From a virus (taxonomy: Duplodnaviria; Heunggongvirae; Uroviricota; Caudoviricetes), in IMG/VR virus record IMGVR_UViG_2585427736_000013: a stretch of DNA of 36,545 bases; one strand, written 5' to 3'. This document shows positions 1 through 9,798 of the stretch, piece by piece (the stretch's first letter is position 1; every line of letters starts with the position of its first letter). Position numbers and translations under genes: made by a program. The notes under the pieces are model-generated. The model made no database searches, was not told the DNA's origin, and saw only the letters and a program-made list of their open reading frames with translations.

Positions 1-1293
<1,293 letters not shown>

Positions 1294-1313
1294 TACCCAA
1301 TTTTTCTGAATCT

Positions 1314-1336
1314 AAAAAGCGCCTGCGGGCGCTTTA
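1314..1336 (+). terminator. rho-independent terminator-like hairpin downstream of serS
   Basis: A5 run, stem GCGCC/GGCGC (1319-1323 / 1328-1332) with 4-nt loop, then TTT. Confidence 0.5.
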
Positions 1337-1412
1337 AGTAAAGGTTTAATCATTTGAAAATAAATGGATTTTATTTTTAAGTGTCCATATAACGTCCATC
1401 TTTGAATGCAAA

Positions 1413-1447
1413 AAGCCCACAGCTTCTATGCTATGGGCTTTGTTTTT
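1413..1447. terminator. second hairpin with T-rich tail (possible bidirectional terminator)
   Basis: about 10-bp imperfect stem AAGCCCACAGC / GCTATGGGCTT followed by TTTGTTTTTGG; A-run on the other side. Confidence 0.35.
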
Positions 1448-1471
1448 GGTGTCCTCATGAGTGAGGGAACC

Positions 1472-1503
1472 AAAAAGAAAACCCGCAGTTTTTACGCTGC
1501 GGG
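1472..1503 (-). terminator. intrinsic terminator at 3' end of hok-like transcript
   Basis: perfect 7-bp stem CCCGCAG/CTGCGGG (1482-1488 / 1497-1503); on the minus strand followed by U-tract (complement of 1472-1481). Confidence 0.55.
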
Positions 1504-1595
1504 CTTGTTGTTCACGTCAACTGGAAATAGGGTGCCTTTTCGACCTTTACCCTGGCAACCGATTGACGGGGGATTGCTCCCCCGTCGCGGTTTCC

Positions 1596-1736
1596 TTACT
1601 GCTTACACTGTAAGAACGCCGCAAACTCCGCTCCCCAGAAGCTCATCCGTATTTCACACAGCGAACCGTGCAGCATCCAGATGATGAGGATTGCCGTCAC
1701 GCAGAACGTGATGGCCGTAAGCGATTTTTGCGACAT
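1596..1736 (-). CDS. hok: Hok/Gef-family type I toxin (46 aa), not in ORF track
   Basis: Hand translation of minus strand: MSQKSLTAITFCVTAILIIWMLHGSLCEIRMSFWGAEFAAFLQCKQ; single hydrophobic helix, SLCE motif and AAFLxCK tail resembling HokA-type peptides; AAGGAG Shine-Dalgarno about 8 nt upstream of ATG (rc of 1734-1736). Confidence 0.7.
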   Translation of the reverse strand: MSQKSLTAITFCVTAILIIWMLHGSLCEIRMSFWGAEFAAFLQCKQ

Positions 1737-1866
1737 AGCGCTTGCTCCTTTGTTGGAGAGGCGCTAACCTACGACTTGCGAAGGTTGTATGGTCAGGGCC
1801 TCGGTTAAACAGAAATGTTTTCCGGGGCCTTTCCACATCCGGCCTTCGGGTATTCCCTCCGACCAT
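1654..1866 (-). CDS. mok: mok-like overlapping reading frame (70 aa)
   Basis: ORF-track frame starting upstream of and overlapping the hok-like ORF out of frame, the arrangement of mok/hok loci; low-complexity product. Confidence 0.45.
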   Translation of the reverse strand: MVGGNTRRPDVERPRKTFLFNRGPDHTTFASRRLAPLQQRSKRYVAKIAYGHHVLRDGNPHHLDAARFAV

Positions 1867-1926
1867 CAGCCGAAAGGCACCCGCGTGTAATCTATCGCTT
1901 TTTTGTTAATCCGGCAATTCTGCCCG

Positions 1927-2187
1927 TTAATTCTGAGGTAAAGGCAAGCTCATCTGATTGTTTCCCCTGTGCGAAGCTGGCAGTTCATGCCACGGGATAC
2001 CTTCTGAAGAGTGAACGCCGGAGGCGTGTTTCGATGTGAATTTATGGAAAGCTTCCAGTGTTGAGAAGCATACGCCGCATTCCAGGTTGTTACACTGGTA
2101 ATACTTTTGCCGCACGGTGTTTGAATCATTTTCCGGACGACTGGTGCGGATACGGGCAGATGCGCCACAAAGCGGACAACGGAACAT
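1927..2187 (-). CDS. ogr: late gene transcriptional activator, Ogr/Delta zinc-finger family
   Basis: 86-aa ORF MFRCPLCG...QCNNLECGVCF with the four-Cys arrangement and N-terminal sequence of P2 Ogr. Confidence 0.9.
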   Translation of the reverse strand: MFRCPLCGASARIRTSRPENDSNTVRQKYYQCNNLECGVCFSTLEAFHKFTSKHASGVHSSEGIPWHELPASHRGNNQMSLPLPQN

Positions 2188-2229
2188 AGCGACCTCCCTT
2201 AACGTGGTGCTGCCGCTATTCTAAGTTGC

Positions 2230-3330
2230 TCACTCTGTTTCTGCTATCCATTCCGGGATTTTTGCCTCAAGCTCAAGCTGCGTGGTAAAGCCGCTGTTAT
2301 CAATGGTGTGCTCGGCTTTTGCAATGATCCAGTCCTGATTATCAATCTCGCTTTTAAATCCTGTTACCGCACCATGCATTTCGGGGTAGAGTTCTGCGCG
2401 TCCACGTGCCAGTGTGATGGAGAACGCTGCGGCTCCGCGTTGTAGCTGCTGCCACTTTGCCGCTGCTGCGCGTCTTGCTGCCTGCTCGTTCTGATAAGTC
2501 TTGCGTAATACAAACACATTGCCTTCCGCGCCTTCCATATAATCACCTTCACGGCTGCTGCTTTTCTCTTTTTTCGGTTTGCGGCGTTTCACGCTGACTT
2601 TTTTCTTTTTCCCGTAATTAAGATCAAGCCAGTAAGCGCGTACCCCCGTATACGCTTCGCGGTCAGCAATGCGGAACTGATGGCGATCGCCGCTGCTGCG
2701 TGTGATGGCGAACGATGGCAACGGCTGGCCCAGTGCGTTCACGCCACCGCCTGGCATGATGAATAACAGATTACCGCTTTTTACCGTGGTGATTGCGCCC
2801 AGCATTTCCGCCATGCGCGTAAGGAAGGACATGTCGCTTTCTTCGGTCTGGTCGGCGTGGTCGATTTCGATATCCATCAGCATTTCGCTGATTTGCGGTT
2901 TCAGACCGTACCGATGAGCGATGGCAGATACCACGCGCTCAACGGTCACATCATGCCAGGACACCTCACGTTTAACGTTAAATTCATCCCGAAAATCTGC
3001 GCTTCTGGCTGAAACAGTCAGCCTGTCCGGCGGTCCTTCGTGAGCGATTTCATCAACAATGTAAGTGCCTTTTTCTGTCAGCGGTTCCCCTTTCCAGCCA
3101 ATGAGAACCGTCAGACGCGCGCCCCGTGGCGGTAGCTGCAACTGACCATCCGCATCATCCAGCGTGATGGTGAGCTGGTCCGCCTCAAATCCCCGGTTGT
3201 CGGTCAGTGACAGGCTCATCAGGCGCTCTGCCACGCCTGACAGCGCTTTACCCTCCGCAAGAATATCAAAATCCGGCATTTTCACGGGGTCTGTGCCCTG
3301 ACTGAGCAATTGCATGGTGGTGTCGGTCAT
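2230..3330 (-). CDS. D: phage tail protein D (late control gene D family)
   Basis: ORF-track frame 2230..3462; start placed at ATG (rc of 3328-3330, MTDTTMQLL) preceded by GGGAGGG; gpD-like sequence over about 366 aa. Confidence 0.88.
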   Translation of the reverse strand: MTDTTMQLLSQGTDPVKMPDFDILAEGKALSGVAERLMSLSLTDNRGFEADQLTITLDDADGQLQLPPRGARLTVLIGWKGEPLTEKGTYIVDEIAHEGPPDRLTVSARSADFRDEFNVKREVSWHDVTVERVVSAIAHRYGLKPQISEMLMDIEIDHADQTEESDMSFLTRMAEMLGAITTVKSGNLLFIMPGGGVNALGQPLPSFAITRSSGDRHQFRIADREAYTGVRAYWLDLNYGKKKKVSVKRRKPKKEKSSSREGDYMEGAEGNVFVLRKTYQNEQAARRAAAAKWQQLQRGAAAFSITLARGRAELYPEMHGAVTGFKSEIDNQDWIIAKAEHTIDNSGFTTQLELEAKIPEWIAETE

Positions 3331-3487
3331 CTGTTCCCTCCCTGTGCGGCATGGTCGCATGTGCGTGCGGAGGGGGTTACTGCTTTTTGTTGTCGCCGTG
3401 GCGGGAGAACGGCGCAGGGGGGAGATTACGCGCGTGGTGGGTGATGATTGTTGCCGAATCATTTAACGGATACAAGGGGCTGAAGCT
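3331..3487. promoter_or_regulatory. divergent intergenic region between D (minus) and FI (plus); presumed late promoters
   Basis: 157-bp non-coding gap between two divergently oriented essential tail genes; T/G-rich element followed by G-runs at 3382-3422. Confidence 0.35.
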
Positions 3488-4672
3488 ATGAGTGAAACTC
3501 GTTTTCATGGTGCCCGTGTTACGGAAAATACCGACCTGGTAACAGCGATTAACGATGTTGATTCCAGCGTTATCGGTATCGTGGCAACGGCGGATGATGC
3601 GGACGCGAAGCTGTTCCCGCTGAACAAGCCCACACTGCTGACCCGCGTCAATGACGTGCTGGGGAAATGCGGGACAACGGGGACGCTTTATCGTGCGCTT
3701 AAGGCCATCGCAGACCAGGTGAGCACAAAGGTGATCGTCGTTCGCGTGGCTGAACACAAAGAAGAAGACGGAAAGACGCAGGATCAACTGGTTATCGGTG
3801 GTTCTGAGGATGACGGCAGCTATACGGGAATGTATGCGCTGCTTGTTGCAGAGCAGGATGAAAGCATCGGATACCGTCCGCGTATTCTGGCCGCGCCGGA
3901 GCTGGACACGGAGGCGGTGACAAAATCCCTGTGCGTGATTGCGGGTAAGCTGCGCGCGTTTGTGTATGCCTCATGTCATGGCTGTAACACGATGGCAGAG
4001 GCAATTACCTACCGCCAGAAATTCAACGAACGTGAGGTGATGCTCTTATGGCCGGACTTCATCGCCTACAACCCGAAAAGTGGCAAAAACGAAACGTTCC
4101 CCGCGCCTGCTTATGCGTGCGGCCTTCGTGCGTACATTGACCATGAGCAGGGCTGGCACAAATCACTGTCCAACGTTCCGGTTAAAAATGTGCTGGGGAT
4201 GTCCCGGCATGTGTTCTGGTCGTTGCAGGCCGAAGACAGCGATGCCAACAGCCTTAACAACAAAGAAATCACGACCATTATTCGTCGCAACGGGTTCCGC
4301 TTCTGGGGCAACCGCACACCGGAAACGAACGCCTACATCTTTGAGGTGTATACCCGAACCGCACAGGTACTGGCTGATTCAATTGCGGAAGCGCAGTTTG
4401 AAACCATCGACAGTCCACTGACGCCTGCGAACGTGAAGGATGTTATCAGTGCCATCAGGGCAAAACTGGATTCACTGGTTACTGCCGGGAAACTGATTGG
4501 CGCGTCGTGCTGGTATGACGTGGTGGATAACAGCACCACGGATTTACGTCAGGGGCGTGTGCGTATTCGCTACAAATATACGCCTGTTCCTCCGCTGGAA
4601 GATATGGAGCTTTACCAGACGTTTACTGATGAATACTTTGATCCCGCATTTGCGGTGTTGGGAGGTGTCTGA
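3488..4672 (+). CDS. FI: contractile tail sheath protein
   Basis: 394 aa; strong similarity by recall to P2 FI (FPLNKP, RPRILAAPELDT, LRAFVYAS, EQGWHKSLSNV, FRFWGNRT, YTRTAQV, YTPVPPLE motifs). Confidence 0.95.
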   Translation: MSETRFHGARVTENTDLVTAINDVDSSVIGIVATADDADAKLFPLNKPTLLTRVNDVLGKCGTTGTLYRALKAIADQVSTKVIVVRVAEHKEEDGKTQDQLVIGGSEDDGSYTGMYALLVAEQDESIGYRPRILAAPELDTEAVTKSLCVIAGKLRAFVYASCHGCNTMAEAITYRQKFNEREVMLLWPDFIAYNPKSGKNETFPAPAYACGLRAYIDHEQGWHKSLSNVPVKNVLGMSRHVFWSLQAEDSDANSLNNKEITTIIRRNGFRFWGNRTPETNAYIFEVYTRTAQVLADSIAEAQFETIDSPLTPANVKDVISAIRAKLDSLVTAGKLIGASCWYDVVDNSTTDLRQGRVRIRYKYTPVPPLEDMELYQTFTDEYFDPAFAVLGGV

Positions 4673-5184
4673 TGGCTGTACCAAAACATCTTCGCTTTTT
4701 TACGCTGTTTGTGAATGGTGAAAACGAAGTGGGTAAGGTGACGTCCGTCACTCCACCTAAACTGACGCGCAAAACTGAAAGCTATCGTGGCGGTGGCATG
4801 ATGGGGGCGGTGAGTATCGACCTCGGTCTTGATGATTCTGCGCTTGATGCGAGTTTTGTCATGGGGGGCGCAGTTCGTGAGCTGTTCCTTAAATATGGCG
4901 GCACGATTGACGGCACGTTGCTGCGTTTTGCGGGTGAATACTACACCGATGCAGAAAGTGATCTGTATGAAATCGAGATGCGCGGGCGTGTGACGGAAAT
5001 TGATATGGGGGAAGCCAAACAGGGCGAAGCCACATCACACACTTACGCTGTCAAAAACACCTACTACAAGCTGAGCGTTAACGATCGTCCGCTGTGGGAA
5101 ATCGACCTGCTGAACCACATCTACCGGAAGGACGGCAAGGACATCGTGCCTGATCGCATCCGTTCCGCGCTTGGGCTTGGCTGA
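4672..5184 (+). CDS. FII: tail tube protein
   Basis: 170 aa; start ATG overlaps FI stop (TGATG); size and position of P2 FII. Confidence 0.93.
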   Translation: MAVPKHLRFFTLFVNGENEVGKVTSVTPPKLTRKTESYRGGGMMGAVSIDLGLDDSALDASFVMGGAVRELFLKYGGTIDGTLLRFAGEYYTDAESDLYEIEMRGRVTEIDMGEAKQGEATSHTYAVKNTYYKLSVNDRPLWEIDLLNHIYRKDGKDIVPDRIRSALGLG

Positions 5185-5240
5185 TAAGTAATATGCAGGC
5201 GGCGCAGTGCGTCGCCTCTGACTGAAAAAGGAGACAACTG

Positions 5241-5615
5241 ATGCAAAACATCAATACTGAAACCCGGAATAACGCCGTGGCGGATGATGTGACGGCAGGT
5301 GAGGATATGGCTGTCGAACGTGGCGTAAAACTGGCCCGACCAATTGAGCGCGGTGGCGAAAAAATCACGTATGTGGAAATTACCGGGGCTATTGAGCAGG
5401 CTGGATCTCTGCGTGGTCTGTCGCTGTCTGATGTGCTGAATCTGAAAGCGGATACCATGTTCACGCTGTTGCCTCGCGTGACCTCGCCACGACTGGATGA
5501 AGTGATGATTAAAAAAATGTCGTCACGCGATTTTATTCAGTTGTGCGCTGTGGCTGTAAATTTTATGAGCGAGCCAGACTCTGGCGCGAAGAGCGTGCAG
5601 GAGACGGCAGCGTAA
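5241..5615 (+). CDS. E: tail assembly chaperone E
   Basis: 124-aa ORF with AAAGGAGA Shine-Dalgarno; position between tube and tape-measure genes. Confidence 0.85.
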   Translation: MQNINTETRNNAVADDVTAGEDMAVERGVKLARPIERGGEKITYVEITGAIEQAGSLRGLSLSDVLNLKADTMFTLLPRVTSPRLDEVMIKKMSSRDFIQLCAVAVNFMSEPDSGAKSVQETAA

Positions 5616-5779
5616 TCACCCTGGTGTGCTTTGAGCACATCGAAGATCTGGTGGCGGATATTGCCGCCATTTTTAACTGGTCGCCCGCCGAAATCTTCAT
5701 GATGACGCCCGGCGAAGTGGTTAGCTGGCGTGAGCGGGCGGCACTTCGCAGCGGGAATGCAGACAATGAAGACTCTTGA
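5241..5779 (+). CDS. tail assembly chaperone E+E' fusion via programmed -1 frameshift (predicted)
   Basis: -1 frame is open from 5513 (after TAA at 5510-5512) to TGA at 5777-5779 and overlaps the 3' end of E; A7 run at 5511-5517 and T-rich runs at 5531-5534 and 5561-5564 are candidate slip sites; conserved G/GT-type arrangement. Confidence 0.55.
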
Positions 5780-8573
5780 TATCCGGGTCGCTTTCAGCGC
5801 CGTTGACAGACTGACCCGGCCTGCCGAAAACGCCCGCCGCCTGATGGGGCAGTTTGGTGACTCCATCCAGCGAACGCAGGGGGCGATCAAAAATCTCGAG
5901 CGTCAGGCGCGTTCATTTGAGCGCGCCCGTGACGCTGTCAGTAAAGCGGATGCGAGCATCGTGAAAGCACGACGCCAGCTTAACGCCCTTAATCAGTTAC
6001 AACGCACGGGTACAGTGCTCAGCGAAAAACAACAAAAGCTGATGCAGCAGTTAAGCACCCGGCTTGAACGCCTGAATGAATCGCGCACACGGGAAATTCA
6101 GAAAATGCGGGAGCTTGGCGGAGAGCTGAAACGCCACGGCATTTCCCTGACAGGCAGCGATAACACCATCCAGCAGGCCATCAGACGCACCGAACAGTAC
6201 AACAACCAGCTTGAACGCGAACGGCAGACGCTTGCGCGTGTAACGCGGGCGCGTGAGCGGTATTCGCGCGCGCAGGAAACTGCTGGAAAACTGAAAACAG
6301 GTGGTGCGCTGGCAATTGGTGCGGCAGCGGCTGGCGGCTATGCTGCCGGGCGTTTTTTGCAGCCTGCGATCGGGTTCGGGAAAGAGATGTCCCGCGTTCA
6401 GGCACTGACGCGAATCGATCAGAACAGCCCACAGTTTAAGGCGCTGCGTGAGCAGGCGTTAAAACTTGGCTCTGAAACGCAGTTCACCGCAGGCGATGCC
6501 GCCAGTGGACAGGCATTTCTTGCAATGGCTGGCTTCACACCGCAGGCCATTCAGGCTGCGCTTCCGGGCGTGCTGAGCATGGCAACGGCTGGCGGCATGG
6601 ATCTCGGCGAGACGGCGGATATTGGCTCAAATATCCTAACGCAGTTCGGCCTTTCTGCTGACCAGATGGACCGGGTTGGTGACACACTCACCGCAGCGTT
6701 TACCCGTACCAACACTGACCTTCGCGCACTGGGCGAAACCATGAAATATGCAGGTCCGGTGGCGGGTAAGCTGGGAATATCGCTGGAGCAGGCCGCAGCG
6801 ATGGCGGGCGTGCTGGCGAATATGGGTATCAGAGGGAGTGATGCCGGGACGGCAATGCGTGCCAGCCTGGCTCGTCTGGCATCACCGCCAAAGGCAGCAG
6901 CAGAGGCGCTGAAAGAGCTTGGTGTGGCAGTTTCTGACGCGAACGGCAAAATGCGCCCGATGGAGGATGTGCTGGCCGACCTTTATAAAGCCACCCGCAA
7001 ATACGGGGAAGTTGACCGGGTATCCTTCTTTAAGGACATCGCCGGGGAAGAGGCTTTCACATCGTTTATGGCGCTCGTTGATGCAGCGGGTGACGGGTCC
7101 TTACCCAAACTGAGAAAAGAACTTGAAGGCGCGCGCGGTGAGGCTGAACGCACAGCAAAGGTTATGGCCAACAACCTTGACGGCGATCTGAAATCACTCG
7201 GCAGTGCATGGGAAGGGGTGCGCATCCGCATTGCAGATCTGATTGACGGTCCGCTGCGTTCTGTCACGCAGTGGCTCACGCGTGTGGTATCAAAGGTGAC
7301 GGCGCTGGCGCAGGCCCATCCCGCACTGACGCGCCAGCTACTGATAGCAGGCGGTGCGTTGCTGGCAATGACTGCAACGGTTGGCTCGTTGTCGCTGGCT
7401 ATTGGTGTGCTTGCTGGTCCGCTGGCAAAACTGCGTCTTGGTTTTTCCCTCCTGACCGGATCAATGAATGCTGTCAGGGTCCTGCCAGCACTATGGGGAA
7501 TGGTGACGGGTTCCGTTTCTTTGCTGGGAGGTGCTATCGGGGCGCTGTTCAGTCCGGTTGGTCTTATCGTGGCTGCGCTTGCCGGAGCTGCCATTCTTAT
7601 CTGGAAATATTGGGATCCCATCAGGGCATTTTTTGCCGGGGTGTTCGGCGGGATTATGGAAAGGCTGACCCCGTTGCGCGAAACCTTTGAACGGTTTGGC
7701 CCTGTTTTTGACGTAATCGGAAGCGGGATCAGCCAGGTGTTTAACTGGTTTAAATCGCTGCTGTCACCGATGGAGTCCAGCAAGGAAACGCTGGATAAAT
7801 GTACCAGTGCTGGCGAGATATTCGGTAACGTTCTTGGTGGCGCGTTACAGCTTGTTCTGACGCCTGCAAAAATGTTGCTGGATACGCTGGCGTGGATACT
7901 TGAAAAACTCGGTGTGCTTCCGGATGAAGCGGAAAGGGCGAGAAAGAAAATCGAAGACGCACAGCGTGCGGCCATTCTTCAGGATAAGGTTGCTCTGTTT
8001 CAGGGAGACATTGCGAAAATCAATCCGCCGAAGTCTGCGGAAAATGGCAATGGCACCGGAGGCGATAAACCCAAAGACAACAAACCGCTCACAGACAGCA
8101 ATACCGGTACGCTACGCAGACTCAGCAAGATTGCTGATAACACAGGTAAGCTGGTTGATGAGACGAAAAAACGCATTGGCCCTGGCGATATTGTCTTTAA
8201 GAACCTGCCCCGCGCACTTGCTGTTCGTGGGGAGTGGCAGGAGCGGAAGATTGCGCAGGTCAGTAAGCCTGCCCCCGCAATTAAGATCACACCCGTGGTC
8301 CCGGCTCCGCTGCCTCCGGCGCTGGTCCCTGTTGTTACGGCCAGCTCCCGCCCAGTGGCGGAGGCCATACGATCGCCAGTGGCATCAGTTCCTGCAACTT
8401 CCCGTAACCGGGAGCCTGTTGCCTCCGGATTTGGCGGTGAAATTCATGTTCATCTGCATAACGTTGTTACGCAGAATCCCCGCGAACTGGCGAAACTGGT
8501 CGGTGAAATGGTCAGGGCAGAAATGGAACGGCGCACCCGTGCCGGGCGTGGCAGTTTTTACGATAAAGATTGA
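5766..8573 (+). CDS. T: tail tape measure protein
   Basis: Long ORF (track 5730..8573) with coiled-coil N-terminus, Ala/Gly-rich transmembrane-like central segments; start ambiguous between GTG 5730, ATG 5757 and ATG 5766. Confidence 0.9.
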   Translation: MKTLDIRVAFSAVDRLTRPAENARRLMGQFGDSIQRTQGAIKNLERQARSFERARDAVSKADASIVKARRQLNALNQLQRTGTVLSEKQQKLMQQLSTRLERLNESRTREIQKMRELGGELKRHGISLTGSDNTIQQAIRRTEQYNNQLERERQTLARVTRARERYSRAQETAGKLKTGGALAIGAAAAGGYAAGRFLQPAIGFGKEMSRVQALTRIDQNSPQFKALREQALKLGSETQFTAGDAASGQAFLAMAGFTPQAIQAALPGVLSMATAGGMDLGETADIGSNILTQFGLSADQMDRVGDTLTAAFTRTNTDLRALGETMKYAGPVAGKLGISLEQAAAMAGVLANMGIRGSDAGTAMRASLARLASPPKAAAEALKELGVAVSDANGKMRPMEDVLADLYKATRKYGEVDRVSFFKDIAGEEAFTSFMALVDAAGDGSLPKLRKELEGARGEAERTAKVMANNLDGDLKSLGSAWEGVRIRIADLIDGPLRSVTQWLTRVVSKVTALAQAHPALTRQLLIAGGALLAMTATVGSLSLAIGVLAGPLAKLRLGFSLLTGSMNAVRVLPALWGMVTGSVSLLGGAIGALFSPVGLIVAALAGAAILIWKYWDPIRAFFAGVFGGIMERLTPLRETFERFGPVFDVIGSGISQVFNWFKSLLSPMESSKETLDKCTSAGEIFGNVLGGALQLVLTPAKMLLDTLAWILEKLGVLPDEAERARKKIEDAQRAAILQDKVALFQGDIAKINPPKSAENGNGTGGDKPKDNKPLTDSNTGTLRRLSKIADNTGKLVDETKKRIGPGDIVFKNLPRALAVRGEWQERKIAQVSKPAPAIKITPVVPAPLPPALVPVVTASSRPVAEAIRSPVASVPATSRNREPVASGFGGEIHVHLHNVVTQNPRELAKLVGEMVRAEMERRTRAGRGSFYDKD

Positions 8574-8579
8574 GGAGTC

Positions 8580-9074
8580 ATGGCCATGATGATGATCTAC
8601 GGCATGTTTGTTTTTGAGCTGCGCACATTGCCGCATCAGCAGTTACAGCAAAACAAAAGCTGGCGGCATGTGAAAAATGAGCGCGTTAACCGTTCAGCAA
8701 GCTGGCAGTATATCGGTGCAGGTGATGATCGCGTCGTTCTTTCTGGTGTGCTTTATCCTGAAATCACAGGTGGCGAAGTGTCCCTGTCGCTGCTGACCAC
8801 GCAGGCGTATACAGGGCGCCCCTGGCCTCTGATTGATGGCGTCGGGCAGATTTACGGCATGTATGTTCTGACTGACACAAGTACGACCCGCTCCGAGTTT
8901 GATCGCTATGGCAAGGCAAAAAAGATAGAGTTTTCACTGACCCTTGACCGCTGTGATGAGGATTTGCGGGAGCGCCTGCAATCCTCATCGTTCAGCGATA
9001 TGCTGACTGGCTTCAAAGATAAGGTAACCTCGTCTTTAAATAGCGTGGCTAACTCAGTTCATAGTTTATTTTAA
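8580..9074 (+). CDS. U: tail protein U
   Basis: 164 aa, GAGGAG Shine-Dalgarno; gpU-like sequence (SWRH, VLSGVLYPEITGG, IDGVGQIYGMYVLTD). Confidence 0.9.
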   Translation: MAMMMIYGMFVFELRTLPHQQLQQNKSWRHVKNERVNRSASWQYIGAGDDRVVLSGVLYPEITGGEVSLSLLTTQAYTGRPWPLIDGVGQIYGMYVLTDTSTTRSEFDRYGKAKKIEFSLTLDRCDEDLRERLQSSSFSDMLTGFKDKVTSSLNSVANSVHSLF

Positions 9075-9096
9075 AGAGTTTAATTTCTTGTGATAA

Positions 9097-9120
9097 ATGG
9101 TCCGTAACATATCGGACCAT
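9097..9120. promoter_or_regulatory. 8-bp inverted repeat immediately downstream of U
   Basis: ATGGTCCG-taacatat-CGGACCAT; no T-tract, so terminator or operator role is unresolved. Confidence 0.3.
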
Positions 9121-9150
9121 TCAAGCACATTACATGTTGGTTCCATCTTA

Positions 9151-9179
9151 TTGAATACATCCAGTAGCCACAATATAAT
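9151..9179 (+). promoter_or_regulatory. sigma70-like promoter upstream of acetyltransferase gene
   Basis: TTGAAT (9151-9156), 17-bp spacer, TATAAT (9174-9179) in an AT-rich leader. Confidence 0.5.
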
Positions 9180-9255
9180 TTCTTGAGAGTTCATTACACA
9201 CCCAGTCAGATTAACACCCCATTACATTGTAAGTGATAATGCAGAGATTAAATTC

Positions 9256-9798
9256 ATGGATATAAAAACATTAAAGGAGTGTATAAAAATAGAAGTTATA
9301 GGCGGAAACCATGAGTTTTCATGGAGAAAAGCTTTAACTCGCACCAGACGCAATAGGCGAAAACACTTTATGTTTTGGTGGCGAGTGGCCAGCTATCTAT
9401 ACAGCAGAGGAGGGTTCATGCGCCGGGTGGGCAAACGCATCGGAGCAAACCTTCATCGCGATTATAATGTTGAGATTCCTTTAACAGTGAGTATAGGGCC
9501 AGGCTTAGATATTGCTCACTTATCAGGTATTGTTATTACAGAAAACTGTGTGATAGGGAGAAATCTACATATAAAGCAAGGTGTTACTATTGGTCTAAGA
9601 ACCCCTTCCAATGAGGCAATGATTACTATTGGAGATAATGTTGATATAGGTTGCAATTCATCTATCCTTGGTGGGCAAGTTAATATCGGTGATAACGTTA
9701 CGATAGGTGCTCATGCTCTGGTAACAAAATCTATTCCTTCCAACTCAATATATATAAACGAAATAACTCCCGTTATAAGACAAAAAAAGGCGCAGTAA
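9256..9798 (+). CDS. hexapeptide-repeat (left-handed beta-helix) acetyltransferase, cargo gene
   Basis: 180 aa with repeated [LIV]-G-x-x-x-x hexapeptide units (IGPGLDIAHLSGIVITENCVIGRNLHIKQGVTIG...); visibly AT-rich relative to flanking phage genes. Confidence 0.8.
   Translation: MDIKTLKECIKIEVIGGNHEFSWRKALTRTRRNRRKHFMFWWRVASYLYSRGGFMRRVGKRIGANLHRDYNVEIPLTVSIGPGLDIAHLSGIVITENCVIGRNLHIKQGVTIGLRTPSNEAMITIGDNVDIGCNSSILGGQVNIGDNVTIGAHALVTKSIPSNSIYINEITPVIRQKKAQ

Noticed and set aside
1876-1890. Partial resemblance to the P2 attP core as evidence for the attachment site
   Set aside because: Match is short and imperfect, and P2 itself does not integrate next to serS as far as I recall; it cannot be confirmed without the other prophage end
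3331-3462. N-terminal extension of the D ORF (track start 3462)
   Set aside because: The extension is Arg/Ser/Thr/Pro-rich and overlaps the divergent promoter region; an internal ATG at 3330 has a strong GGGAGGG ribosome-binding site and gives a P2 D-like length
6983-7975. Long antisense or alternative-frame ORFs inside large genes (for example 6983..7975 minus, 7900..8589 plus, 20656..21978 minus, 274..789 minus, 3377..3787 minus)
   Set aside because: They lie entirely within well-supported genes (T, P, serS, FI) on the opposite strand or another frame, and their translations are low-complexity
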